From positions 1 through 64,000 of the forward strand of contig QPMI01000633.1 in assembly GCA_004431415.1 (NCBI GenBank): a stretch of DNA of 64,000 nucleotides, written 5' to 3'. The stretch is from Cyanophora paradoxa CCMP329. Its lineage: Eukaryota; Plantae; Glaucophyta. The first letter of the stretch is position 1. The number at the start of each line of letters is the position of its first letter. Shown here in pieces: positions 53,601-64,000 of the stretch. The translations under genes and the position numbers were made by a program. Under the pieces are notes generated by a model. That model was not told the DNA's origin, made no database searches, and was given only the letters and a program-made list of their open reading frames with translations.

Positions 53601-56600
53601 TTGTGGACTCGGCTCGCATGTTGTTTGAGGTTCCTGGCGACAAGCTGAGCAGACTACTTCAGCTGATCCGCAAGCTCCTACGCAAACACTCAGCGTCTGC
53701 CCGTGATATGGCAAAGGTGGCAGGCACCTTGGTATCCATGGCTCGTGGGCTTGCTCCAGCTCGCATCCGGACTCGTGCCTTGTTCCGGTACATCAATGTG
53801 GCGGCCCGGGAGTGGCACTGGAACCATCCTGTGCAGATTACTGATGAGACTCGGTCTGAGCTCCAGTGGTGGCTGGCCAACATACACAAGTACAACGGGC
53901 GCTGTCCGATTCGTCCTGAGCGGCTACTTGTGCTCACCACTGATGCTAGTCATCTTGGTGCTGGAGCTTGGATTACCACGCGGATCGGTGATGTACCTCC
54001 TGTGCTTTGTGCTCCTCGCCCGCCTCCATTCCAGTGCCTGTGGAACAGTGAGGAATCTCAGCGAATCTCTTCTTGGAGGGAGCTGCAAGCTGTGCTACGG
54101 GCTATGCAACACTATCAGTCTGTGCTTCAGAATCAGAACATCTTGGTTCGATCGGACAACTCTGTGACAGTTGCTTATATCAACAATGGTGGCGGTCGTC
54201 ATGCTTATTTGACGGAGATCGCTCGTCAGATTTGGGACATTGCCTTGACAGGTTGTGTTAGCATTGAGGCCGAGCATATTCCAGGCATAGATAACGAGTG
54301 GTCAGATGCTCTTAGCAGGTACTTTTTTCCAGCAGACTATTCCTTAAGCCGGTATATTTTGCTATGGTCAGCCGCATTTTAGGCCCTTTTGACGTGGACA
54401 GGATGGCCACAGCTGCCAATGCCCACCTTTCTCGATATTTCTCTGTAGATTTGCGTGATGCCCGTGCCGAAGGGCATGATTGCTTCACTGTGTCATGGCT
54501 TGGTGCTCGCAACTACGTGTTTCCGGATCCCAATGTGATCCTGCACGTGGTCTCTCATGTTAGACAGTGCAGAGCAGCTGCAGTCTTTGTCGTACCTGAT
54601 TGGCCCTCCGCCCCATGGTGGCCCCAGCTTGAGCAGGCAAGGCAGGCTCCTGTGTTGTACTTGGGCCTGCTTCAACCGTCTGCTTGCCAGGCCCTCGTTC
54701 TCCTGTTCTTCCGTCTTGGTCTCTTGTGGCTATTTCCGCAGCCTGGCAGTAGCACACAAATTAGCCATCTGCAAATATAACGATTTCGCACCCGGGGCCC
54801 TTCTTAGTCCTCGTACGCAGCTTGCCTGACATTGCAATTGCTGCAGATGTGCTACTCCAGCGTGTCCATTACTACAGGGAGAACGCCATCGGTGATGGCA
54901 CTCGTGGCATATACAATCGTTGGGTGCAACTATACGAAGGTCATTGTGCGGTTCATGGCTTCCGCATCTGGCCCCCCGAGCCATCTGGTCTGGCTACGAT
55001 GCTTGTTGCGCTGGCGGACGAGGAGTTCAGCGTTTCTGCTGTCAAGCAATGCTACTCTGCATTGGTTCATCAGACTGGCCTGCGCCTACAGCCTGCAACG
55101 GCGTTCGCGCACCCTCTGGTTCAACAAGCGCTGCAAGGAATTGTTCGTTTGTGTGGTCGTCGGGCCAAGCAGTCCAAGATCGTCACAGCTGTGCATTTGG
55201 AGGCAATCGCTCGTGCCTATCTGAAAGCTCCGTCAGCTAAGCTCTTGCGGGCCTTCGTCATGTTGCTTACTGGCTTCTTTGGCTTGCTCCGTCGTGGTGA
55301 ACTCGTTGCTCTGCGTCGTCAAGACATCCAGATCCGTGCGGATCGCGTCGTTGTCTTCATCGTCGGCTCCAAGACCGATCGCGCTCACCAAGGCGCTCAA
55401 GTTGTGCTGGGCACTGTCGCGCAGTCAGTGATCTGTCCGGTTCGCTGGTTTCGAGCTTATTGGCTCACCATCCAAGACCTCGAGCCGGAGGCGCCGTTGT
55501 TTGGTCAACTCTTCCGACCTTCGCGGCCCCTCGCGCCCGCCTCCGTTGCATACGTGCTTCGCTTTGCCTTCGAGGCTGCTGGCTTAGATGCGACGGGGAT
55601 CACGCCTCATGGGCTTCGTCGCGGTGGTGCTACGGCGCTAGCGGCTGCTGGTGTGCCCGAGGAGCTTGTGCAAGCAGTTGGCCGCTGGTCGCTCTTGTCT
55701 GACGTGTATCGTCGCTACATCGATTCTTCTGAGCGCCCGCCTCTGGCTGCGTTGATGGCAAGCCCTGGTTCTCGCTACGTGCCTCCATTGTCGTGTCGCC
55801 AGCAGGCTTCTACGCCCTCTCGTCGCGGCGCAGCTAGCTGTCCTTTTGTCTTAGTGTCTTCTTTCGCGTGTGCCGGCTTCGCCGGTGCTGGCTATGTCGC
55901 TCTGGGCCAGTGCAAGCTGCGCCTGACGCTGTCTGTACACGCACGTGTTGCAAACTAGCCTTGTTTTGTGTACCCTTGCTGTCTGCTGCGTTCGCAGCGT
56001 CTGTGTCGGCATGTAGTACTTAGCTGCTGCGTTCGCAGCAGCTCTTCTCGTACCCCTTTTGTTGCAAATTAGCTTACCCCTTTTGTTGCAAATTAGCCCA
56101 ACCTTATACCCTACATGTACACGTGTACCCAGCTATATTTTCTGTACCCCTTGTCTGATGCCCCTTTTCCCTTGCAGCTTGCACTGTCCTGCGTGCGACG
56201 AGCCATGTGTCTGTCTTCGCTGCTTCGCCTACGCGAATCCAGACCTTCACTTCATGATCAGACTTGGCTTAGAATTGCTTAGAAGCAAGGCTGCTTGTGG
56301 CAGGCATACATGGTGATATCTTTACTCGCAGCGTACGACCCCGACTGCAACGAGGTTCAGCCTGCCGGGGGCTGGTGTCCTTCCGGCACGTCCACCAACC
56401 GCTACCACGATGGAACATGCGCGTTCTGTCCCCTGCCGAGCCGTCCAACCCAGGCGTCGGTGCGCATGCGTGAAGCCTTCGAGCATGCTGCGGGTTGCGG
56501 GTCCCATGGCAGCTGACATATGCATGTCTTTCTTCGCTAGAATCAGTTCTTCGTGAGCCCTCGGGGCAACGATGTGCTGGGGAACGGAAGCTGGGTTAAT

Positions 56601-59600
56601 CCTTATGCGAGTCTCGGGGTGCGTTGGCCGCTGCCAGGCTGCTGCGCATGCTCTAAACATCAAGCTCTCTTCACTCACTTGTACTGCAATTGTAGCGCGC
56701 AATTTTTGCGGCCCAAGGCGTGGTGACAAATCCCCTAGCTATTGGTGCTTCCCAAGTGTACGTGCTTCCTGGCCGCTACAAAGGAATCAATAACCGCCGG
56801 CTGGCTTGGACGGTGGGTGGCTAGTTTCGTTTTCGGTTGGAAAACTGCTTGCAATTCTTTCCATGAAGCCCCGGTGTGATGCAGGATGGCTGGCCGAGAA
56901 TTGGCCTTACATATGGCATCTCTTTGTTTGGGCTGGGCGGCCCCAAATATACGCTTATGGATGCGGAGAGAATGGTAATTTTGACGGCGAGTTTGCGTGA
57001 TGTCGCTAATAACTCTTCCGGAGCAGGGCTGGCACATCTACTTCACAAACAACCGTGGCACAGTCAACAACCTTGTGCGAGGAGTGACAACGATATCCGG
57101 ATTCCAGTGGATCAATGCGAGATACGTCTCTCGTGGGCCTCTCGTGTTGAATCCGACACTAGCGGGCAACGTTACGAACGTCGGAAGGAGCACGCCAAGC
57201 GGCGGTTCCGTCCAGTGCGGCGAGGTGCGCTGACCATGACCCACTTTCTGCTCCGGGCAAAGATTAATCACGCTGCTGTGTCTTTCCGCGCAGTGGATCA
57301 ATGCGTAAGCCTGCGATATCCAAGTAGGAAATCAGACCGCTTCATCAATAAGACTTTTTGCAGCATAGGGGGTGAGGAATTCTTCTGCGTTAACGTGCTT
57401 TTCTCGAACAACGTCTGGAAGAACAATGTTGGGTACTGGGGCGACGGTGCGCTCCGCCAGCATGTCCGAGACGTCTGCGCTCTATGTTCTAGATCTTAAT
57501 TATAAGCTGAACCTGTGTGCAATCCGCAGGAATAGTTGTTCAGAACATGGTTGTGCTGGGTTCGTATGCCATGCACCTCTAGAGCTAGATCTTAATCTGC
57601 ATGTCTTCAGCAAATCAAAATATACCTACAGCTCTCCTTTTATTTGCCCTGGCAGAGTCCTCGGCCTTCGGGAGCAGTGCTGCGAGCATGGGGCTCGGTG
57701 GCGGCGGCCTCGTGCTGGCTAGCGGATCTTCCGTCACAATCAATGGGTGCCGATTTGAGGGCAACTCTGGTTCGCCCCGTTTTCATGGCCGTGGAGACAA
57801 GCGCGAGAGCTAATTTCATAATCCCAAAACACCAACGCGCGCAGTTCCATTGGACCTCTCAGGTACATTTGAAACCACGGACTCCACTCGGACTATCGGC
57901 GGAGGCGCGATTGCTGCTACGGATATGACGTCGCTCACAATCCGCAACTCGCATTTCTTCAACAACTCCGCTGGTTTGCGTTCACACTGATATTCGACTG
58001 ATTTCGAGCCTATAGAGTTGGAAGAGGTACCGGTTGCCTGATTTTCCTTTCTGACATTATCACCTGCGCAGCATCAACTGGAGGCGCAGTACTGGTTGAT
58101 GTGAAGCGGCTGGCATCAGAGACCGCAAGCTCGGTTGTCGTTGAGAACACTGTTTTTGATAGCAATGCGGCAGCTTTTGCAGGGTCGGGGGCCGCATTCC
58201 GAGGCACCACGAATGTGCAGTGTGCGTGTGTCTTGTTTTGGGCAATTATGCCACCGCTCGATACTTACTGCAGCTGTCTGTTTCAGTGAAAAATGTCACG
58301 GTTCTGAAAAATTTCAACTTGCCGCTGAAGCAGCTCTCGATTAGCATGAGCGCTGTCGGAGGCGCTGGAATCTGGATCAGCGCGCTCGAAGGCGGCACCC
58401 TTGCCTCGTCGAGCTCTGTTCTGATCGAATCCTCGTTCTTTCTGAACAACTCCTTTGCTTCGTCTCAAACGTGGCGGACTCGTCCTTTGGTGCCGGCGTT
58501 ATCGCAGCCAGCCTCAAAACATTGACGTGCGATCTGAACCATTCTTTTCAGTATAGCTACAAGCCAGCTCTTACGTACACGATTCTTCTGCAGCTTGGAG
58601 TCCTGCGTCTTCACTGGTAACATTCACACGGGCGGTGCTCAGGTCGGGGGCGGGGGCGTCGCCCTCCTCTCGGTCGAGAAGGCCACCGTCAGGAGCACGA
58701 GCTTCATGAACAACTCTGCAGGTGCTCAGCACCGCGATCGCTCGTCGCAATCGAGCGCGAGCTTGACAGACATAACTAACTATGTGTACTCAATTCGCAC
58801 AATTGCCGAGCAGCGAACGGCGCCGGTGTGTGGGTCGGCTCAAAGACACCGTCAACCTTCCGCTCCCACACCATCGTTTTCTCTAATACGACAATCACGG
58901 GAGGAGCTGCTTCGTTGCACGGTTTGTCGGCTTTTGCAATAGTGCTTACTGTCGCTTTTTATCGAGACGCACGGTGGCTCGCGCAGGCGGCGGGGTGTCT
59001 GTAATCGACTCGACAAACTGTCCCGTCATTCTTAGTTTCCAAGGATGCGTCGTGCTCGGCAATAGTGCAGGAGGCTCCGGAGGGGGAATCGCTGTCGACG
59101 GAATCTTCATCGACGACCCGCCTCTGAACACTTCGATCACGTTCACGAATACGACCATTCGTCAGAACCGCGCGATGCGTGAGTCGACAGGATTCGGATT
59201 CTTTTACAAGTTGCCATGCCTGACACAGTGGCAGTTGCTGGTGGTGGCGTGAGTGCGACCGGTTGGATGAACGTGAACCTGCTCTCTGGTTCAGTTGTCG
59301 TCGAGAACACCGCTCGCAGCGGAGGAGGCATTCGTGCGCCTTGCCTGTCTTTTTTCAACGGCTCAAGCGCGAAATTCGAACCGCTTGGTTTATCTCCTCC
59401 GTAGATGTTGATGGCGCGCGAAGCTGCTTCGGAAAGCTCTGCACTGGCCTGCGCACCTCCGTCCGGGATGTGCCGTTTGAGAAGAACACTGCCACTACGG
59501 GGTATGCGCGCGCCTGCACCGTTGTCAGCTGCAATCGACTGTCTGTGTCTGATGATTGTTTTTGAGCAGAGCGGCAATGCACATTTCTTCACCGTGCGCA

Positions 59601-62600
59601 CCTGGATAGTAGGCATGTACACGCGGGGCCACCAGAAGTTTTAATTCGGCATTTTGCGCAGGGACACGTTCGTCAGCGTCACCGGCTGCGCGTTTCTGAA
59701 CAACAGCGCCGATGAGCGTGCCGGCGCGATCTGGGCGGAGCAGCCTGGCGCGCTTTCAATCTCTAGGACCGCTTTTGAGTTCAACAGTGCTGGTGTCGAC
59801 GGAGGGGCTGTTCACATGACGTCGGACGCGCAGCTCAGGGTCCGCGCTTCGCTTTTCGGAAGTCTCTCGTCAAACCTTCCGCACACACAGGTTGAAATGC
59901 CTGGAGTGTCTTTCGTCTCAAATAGAGCCCGTGCGTTGATATGAGCGTGGAGTGTATTCTAAACCGAGAAGCGGGTTTTTGCAGAAGAGAACGGAGGCGC
60001 AATCTATGCGACCGGCTTTCTTTCGGTCGATTTGTTGTTCGCGAGACTTGAGAGGAACCGAGCCAATTCCGGAGGGGTACGATCAGCTTTTTGGGATAGT
60101 CTCCAATGTACAAATATGCATCGTTGCAGGGTCTTGCGTACCTCAAGCGCTTGAGCGGACTCTCCGTGAACAATCTCACTTTCACTGCGAACACCGCGGA
60201 CAACGGTGGAACCGTGTTTCTTGACCAAAGCGCGTGGCTCGACGCTGCCAACTGCACCTTCACCGAATCCGTGGCAAGCACCTTTGGAGGTGTCGTGTAC
60301 GCTCAGGGAACTCCTCGCATGTCTTTCCGGCAGTGTACCATTGTAGGCAATCAGGCGGCACAGGGAGCTTTTATGTATTCGAATTTTTTGGGAAACGGTT
60401 CGTGAATTTTGATCACATTAGCAATGCAGACGTGTCCTTCCCTTCTTGATGGAATGCAGGAACAATCGAGTTGACCGGCAGCCGCCTCGAAGGCAACAGA
60501 GCGACCAGCGCGGGAGGCGGGATGTACATCACGGGTGAGGGCGGGTCCCTTCGTGCCCAGAACGTCTCGGCTTTCGGCAACGTTGGGACTCGGGGTGGCG
60601 TGGCTGTCGTGGACGGGAGCACTGATGCTGTGTTTTCGGCTTGCGTTGGCTCCGGCAACGTGGCAAGTCAGGGTGATGGGGGCGCGTTCGTCGTTCAGCA
60701 GCAAGGCAACTTGCAGCTAGTGAACTGCAGTCTTGATGGGAACCGCGCTGCTGGCAGCGGTGGGGCAATCGCTGCAGACGGAGACGGCTCTGTCGTAAGC
60801 TTGAGGGCCTTTTCCTCTGCATGCTGACTCCTGATCTGCGCTGATGTCGATGCTCGAATCTTCCGCAGCTCTCCGCCCTCAACCTGATTGCGACAAACAA
60901 CAATGCCGGGCGGAACGGAGGAGCTCTAGCTGTGAGCGGGTCGACTGCGCTCTCAATCAGAGGCGGCCACTTCTCGCGAAATGTCGCTGGGCTCCTGGGC
61001 GGCTCCAGTGCGTCCACGTCAACGTAGAATAACCTTTCAAACGCTCCATATTCCCCGACTTATAATTATCTTGGCGAGCACAGTGCTGCTGCAAAACTCC
61101 ACCGTGTCTCTGGCCGGGATCGGGCTCGACGAAAACGTTGCGGGCTCCAACGGTGGAGCGCTGTGCCTTCTGTCATCTTCTTTATCACTTGAAAATGTCA
61201 ATATCAGCCTCAACCGCGCCGGCGGGAACGGAGGGTGAGCATGCAAATCGGTCGCGGCTTTTGTTCACGTCCGTGCCGTAAGTGCCACTGCAGAGCGGTT
61301 CACCAGGAAGGAGGCAACGCGTCCATTATCAGCAGTCGGATCATTAGAAACCGTGCGGGTGCATCGGCGGGAGCTGCGTCTTTCCAAGCGACAGCCGTTA
61401 GAATCAGAGCGTCGAGGCTGAATGAGAACAACGCCAATTTGGACGGTGGAGCCCTCGTTGCGTCGGATCAATCCGCCGTCGAAATTCGGGACTCCGACCT
61501 TGGCATGAACGAAGCGGTCCGCAACGCGGGGTCGCTGCAGCTTCTGCAGTCGAGCCTTCTGCTCGAAAGATCTGATCTCAGCAACTCGAGGGCGGGCCGT
61601 GATGCCGGGTGCCTGTCAGCAGCTTCGACCGCAGTTCAACTCACGGACTCCCGTATGTCTGACTGCATTGCGGTTGGAGCTGGTGGAGCTGCTTACTTTG
61701 AATCTTCAACGGTGACGGCGTCCGGCACCGACCTGCAGCGCGGGAACGCTGGGGCAGCGGGGGGCGCCATCGCCGCTTTGACCTCAACGTTGACTTTGGC
61801 GGACTGTTTAGTGAACGGCTCCCGTGCCGGTCTCTCTGGTGGCGCAATCAATGCCCGCTCTTCCAATTTGAAAATTGTCAGGTGCATGCAATTGTCGGCA
61901 ATTATCTATCATGCGGTCTTTGCTCTACTTAAGCTTGCTGACTGCTTTACTTCGAATTCAGAACTGCTATGGATGGATCAACGTCGGCAACGGATGGCGG
62001 CTGTCTCAGTGTAGAGGAAGGCGTCTTGAGCCTCGAAGACTCGAGCCTTATTGGTTGCGAAGCAGGCAGACGTGGTGGAGCTGCTAGTCTCTCGCGTGTG
62101 GTCGCAGCGCTGGCTTTCGTGCGGGCACCACGCGCTCTTTCTCTATCGGACGGAGGCGCACTGGCATTGCTCGATTCGTCGATCACCTTGTTGAAGTGAG
62201 ACCTCTTGTTCAAGATTATGGTGCCTAGAACCATATCTAGATCTGTGAGATAACAAATATCATCCCGTTGCAGTTGCTCGTTTCGGGAGGCGAAAGCAGA
62301 GCGTGGTGCTGGAGGAGGCATATGGGGTAATGGCGTCACGCTCACAGCTCAGCATATCGATCTCTCAAAATCTGTTGCGGGCTCCGGTGCCGGAGGCGCC
62401 ATCAGCCTGTCAAACGGCGCGCTGAATATTTCGCAAGCCATCCTGGTTGGTTGTACAGCATCCACCTCCGGAGGCGCTGTCTCGCTCGGAAACGTGACTG
62501 CTTCAATTCGAGGGTTAGCGGTTTCTGGTATTCGGTCTTTCAAACGTTGCAATTGAGAGGGATTGCAGGTCTGAGCTCCGAGCGTCCAAAGCGCGCTCGG

Positions 62601-63103
62601 GGGGCGCCCTGCATGCGGATGACAGCCGCGTGCTGATAGAGGCGTCCGATCTCTCCCTGTGCACGGCGGACGGCGGACCCGGAGGCGCACTCGCACTGCT
62701 CGACTCGGTCTTGGACATCGTACGGTCGGATCTCAAGGCTAGTACGGCATCAGGTGTAGGGGGCGCCGCTTCACTGAACAACGTGACCGCGAGCATTACC
62801 CGGTTCGACCTGGCTTTTCGGGGGAATATTGCGCATCGCGATCGTGATTTTCGTAACCATTCAAAAACAGATCCAAGCTTGAGAAGTCAAAATCCACAGG
62901 CGGAGGAGGAGGTGCTATCGCGATGGACGGTGGCAATCTGGCGCTTGAATTGTGTGACCTGTCGGAGTCCGCTGCAGAAGGCGGTGGGGGCGGCGCACTG
63001 CTTGTCTCGAACGCTGGCTTGAAAGCCAAGGACTGCCAGCTACACCACAGCGTTGCTTCGGGATCGGGCGGTGCCGTGAATCTCAACAATGCAACTGCCA
63101 CAA
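47664..63103 (+). CDS. Very large predicted extracellular protein (CUB-like, EGF, Cys-rich, right-handed beta-helix GGA(I/V)/FxxN repeats), 3'-truncated; start approximate
   Basis: Hydrophobic leader ILLAAVILHGLQA; CUB-like CRWLVDV..TVYDGPNESAPVL..VLMVTYTS; EGF CMNGATCRNGTCTCRPGFAGTLC; many FxxNxA-GGA(I/L/V) repeats from ~57700 to 63100; coding stops abruptly at the AT-rich segment. Confidence 0.75.
50458..50586 (+). repeat. Split direct repeat A1
   Basis: Identical to 52539-52667; its last two bases are the AT of the gag ATG. Confidence 0.95.
50585..51720 (+). CDS. gag: Gag-like protein with CCHC zinc knuckle, one frameshift near 51382
   Basis: ORFs 50534-51385 and 51382-51720; C-terminal CFRCNQHGHHVKDC. 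Confidence 0.8.
52478..52667 (+). repeat. Internal B1-A2 junction of the split direct repeats
   Basis: B1 52478-52538 directly abuts A2 52539-52667, reproducing the right-end/left-end circle junction. Confidence 0.95.
52860..54382 (+). CDS. pol: Reverse transcriptase + RNase H (DIRS type), frameshift near 53580
   Basis: VVPKKTGSKLRLIWDGR, IDLESGYHHV, LPFGLRHSPFAF, YVDD; RNase H TTDAS, RELQA, RSDNSV, NEWSDALSR. Confidence 0.9.
54364..54700 (+). CDS. DIRS-associated DNA N6-adenine methyltransferase-like domain
   Basis: FDVDRMATAANAHLSRYFS..GHDCFTVSW..NYVFPDPNVILHVV..VVPDWPSAPWWPQL matches the DIRS Dam-like pattern DLFA..N..DAF..W..Y.FPP..P.W....WWP.L. Confidence 0.8.
54822..55958 (+). CDS. 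Tyrosine recombinase of the retrotransposon
   Basis: GFFGLLRRGEL (R), GSKTD (K), CPVRW, HGLRRGGAT (HxxR), GRWS (W), VYRRYI (Y). Confidence 0.93.
   Translation: MPDIAIAADVLLQRVHYYRENAIGDGTRGIYNRWVQLYEGHCAVHGFRIWPPEPSGLATMLVALADEEFSVSAVKQCYSALVHQTGLRLQPATAFAHPLVQQALQGIVRLCGRRAKQSKIVTAVHLEAIARAYLKAPSAKLLRAFVMLLTGFFGLLRRGELVALRRQDIQIRADRVVVFIVGSKTDRAHQGAQVVLGTVAQSVICPVRWFRAYWLTIQDLEPEAPLFGQLFRPSRPLAPASVAYVLRFAFEAAGLDATGITPHGLRRGGATALAAAGVPEELVQAVGRWSLLSDVYRRYIDSSERPPLAALMASPGSRYVPPLSCRQQASTPSRRGAASCPFVLVSSFACAGFAGAGYVALGQCKLRLTLSVHARVAN
56249..56309 (+). repeat. Split direct repeat B2
   Basis: Identical to 52478-52538. Confidence 0.95.
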
Positions 63104-63188
63104 ACACATAAAGAAATACAAATTTAAATCCCTCCGCTTCGCGCTTCGCGCTTCGCTCCTGGATTTAAATTTGTATTTCTTTATGTGT
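63104..63188. repeat. Perfect 28-bp inverted repeat with a 29-nt loop carrying (GCTTCGC)x3
   Basis: Arms 63104-63131 and 63161-63188; heptamers at 63136-63142, 63143-63149 and 63150-63156. Confidence 0.95.
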
Positions 63189-63539
63189 AAATTAATCGAA
63201 AATATTTAAAAAATAAATCAAAATGTTTAATAAAATCAATTAAATTTAAATAAATTCGATTAAATTAATTGGTATAATATCAATTAAATTATGATTTTAT
63301 GAAATTTATATAAAGTTTTGATAAATTACGTATTTCTCAATTGATTCAATGATATAAACGCGATTAATTTGTATTTAAATGTAAAATACGTATTTTGCGA
63401 TTGATATAAACGCGATTAATATGTATTTTATGCAAATTCGATATAATCTCGATTGAAGGAACATAAATTTATGATATAATCACGATTGAAGTAGTCCACC
63501 GCCCATTCTATCGTAAAACGCAAAAATTCACACAGAGTT

Positions 63540-63951
63540 GCATTATGTCCAATTAAACAATCGATGAGATTGCGGCATATTTTGTTGGAAGAGATGGTTA
63601 CTGCATTATGTCCAATTAAACAATCGATGAAATATCGGATGAAAATAATTCACTCGTTACTGCATTATGTCCAATTAAACAATCGTTGAGATTGCGGCGT
63701 ATTTTGTTGGAAGAGATGGTTACTGCATCAGGTCCAATTAAACAATCGATGAGATTCGGGTAAGCTTTTTACTGTATCGAAAATGACCCCAGAGTTGCAT
63801 TATGTCCAATTAAACAATTGATAAGATTGGATTCTGTTTTTTACTGTAAAAACATTGTATCTTAGGTGTATCAATCTCAATTGAATTAATCGATGTAATT
63901 TTGTTGGAAGAGATGGTTACAGCATTATGTCCAATTAAACAATCGATGAGA
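63540..63951. repeat. Interspaced direct repeat array, 30-bp core GCATTATGTCCAATTAAACAATCGATGAGA
   Basis: Copies start at 63540, 63603, 63662, 63725, 63797 and 63922, plus a degenerate copy near 63870. Confidence 0.9.
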
Positions 63952-64000
63952 TTTCGCTGAGATGAAAACGGTTAGGCACTTTTTTATCGTGATCGGCGGA

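Larger units (their letters stand above)
50458..56309 (+). mobile_element. DIRS-order (PAT-like) tyrosine-recombinase retrotransposon with split direct repeats, located in an intron
   Basis: A repeat (129 bp) at 50458-50586 and 52539-52667; B repeat (61 bp) at 52478-52538 and 56249-56309; gag, RT, RNase H, MTase and YR domains; no TSD seen. Confidence 0.93.
63104..64000. mobile_element. Left end of an AT-rich foreign segment (possible endogenous virus or transposon) interrupting the host exon
   Basis: Abrupt switch from moderately GC-rich coding DNA to strongly AT-rich DNA within an exon; starts with a perfect inverted repeat and continues in repeats; no ORF visible in the window. Confidence 0.55.

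Noticed and set aside
54822-55958. Prophage or bacterial integrase contamination
   Set aside because: The YR is contiguous with DIRS-type RT/RH/MTase and bounded by the element's repeats within a spliceosomal intron.
63540-63951. CRISPR array
   Set aside because: Linkers are re-used and related to each other, lengths are irregular, no cas genes are visible and the context is eukaryotic; reported as an interspaced repeat instead.

Overview
Eukaryotic nuclear DNA, very GC-rich and intron-dense (introns mostly 50-90 bp), probably from an alga or other protist; the taxon is inference only. Bases 1-43 kb are compact housekeeping genes: 2-Cys peroxiredoxin, a membrane protein, an archaeal-type prolyl-tRNA synthetase, SmB, a Rubisco-LSMT-like SET protein, CSB/ERCC6, a pseudokinase, CDC48, a MAPR cytochrome-b5-like protein and an NHL/IPT membrane protein. 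Many of their introns use GC-AG splice sites. Bases 43-64 kb are lower in GC and rich in mobile DNA. They hold (1) a Ginger2-like integrase DNA transposon with 145-bp TIRs and a 5-bp TSD (43370-47164); (2) a large CUB/EGF/beta-helix surface-protein gene; (3) inside one of its introns, a tyrosine-recombinase retrotransposon arranged A1-gag-B1|A2-RT/RH/MTase/YR-B2 (50458-56309); and (4) an AT-rich foreign segment from 63104 that truncates that gene. The segment opens with a perfect 28-bp stem capped by three tandem GCGAAGC mini-hairpins, followed by a repeat/spacer-like array. Gene models were assembled by eye, so some ends are approximate.
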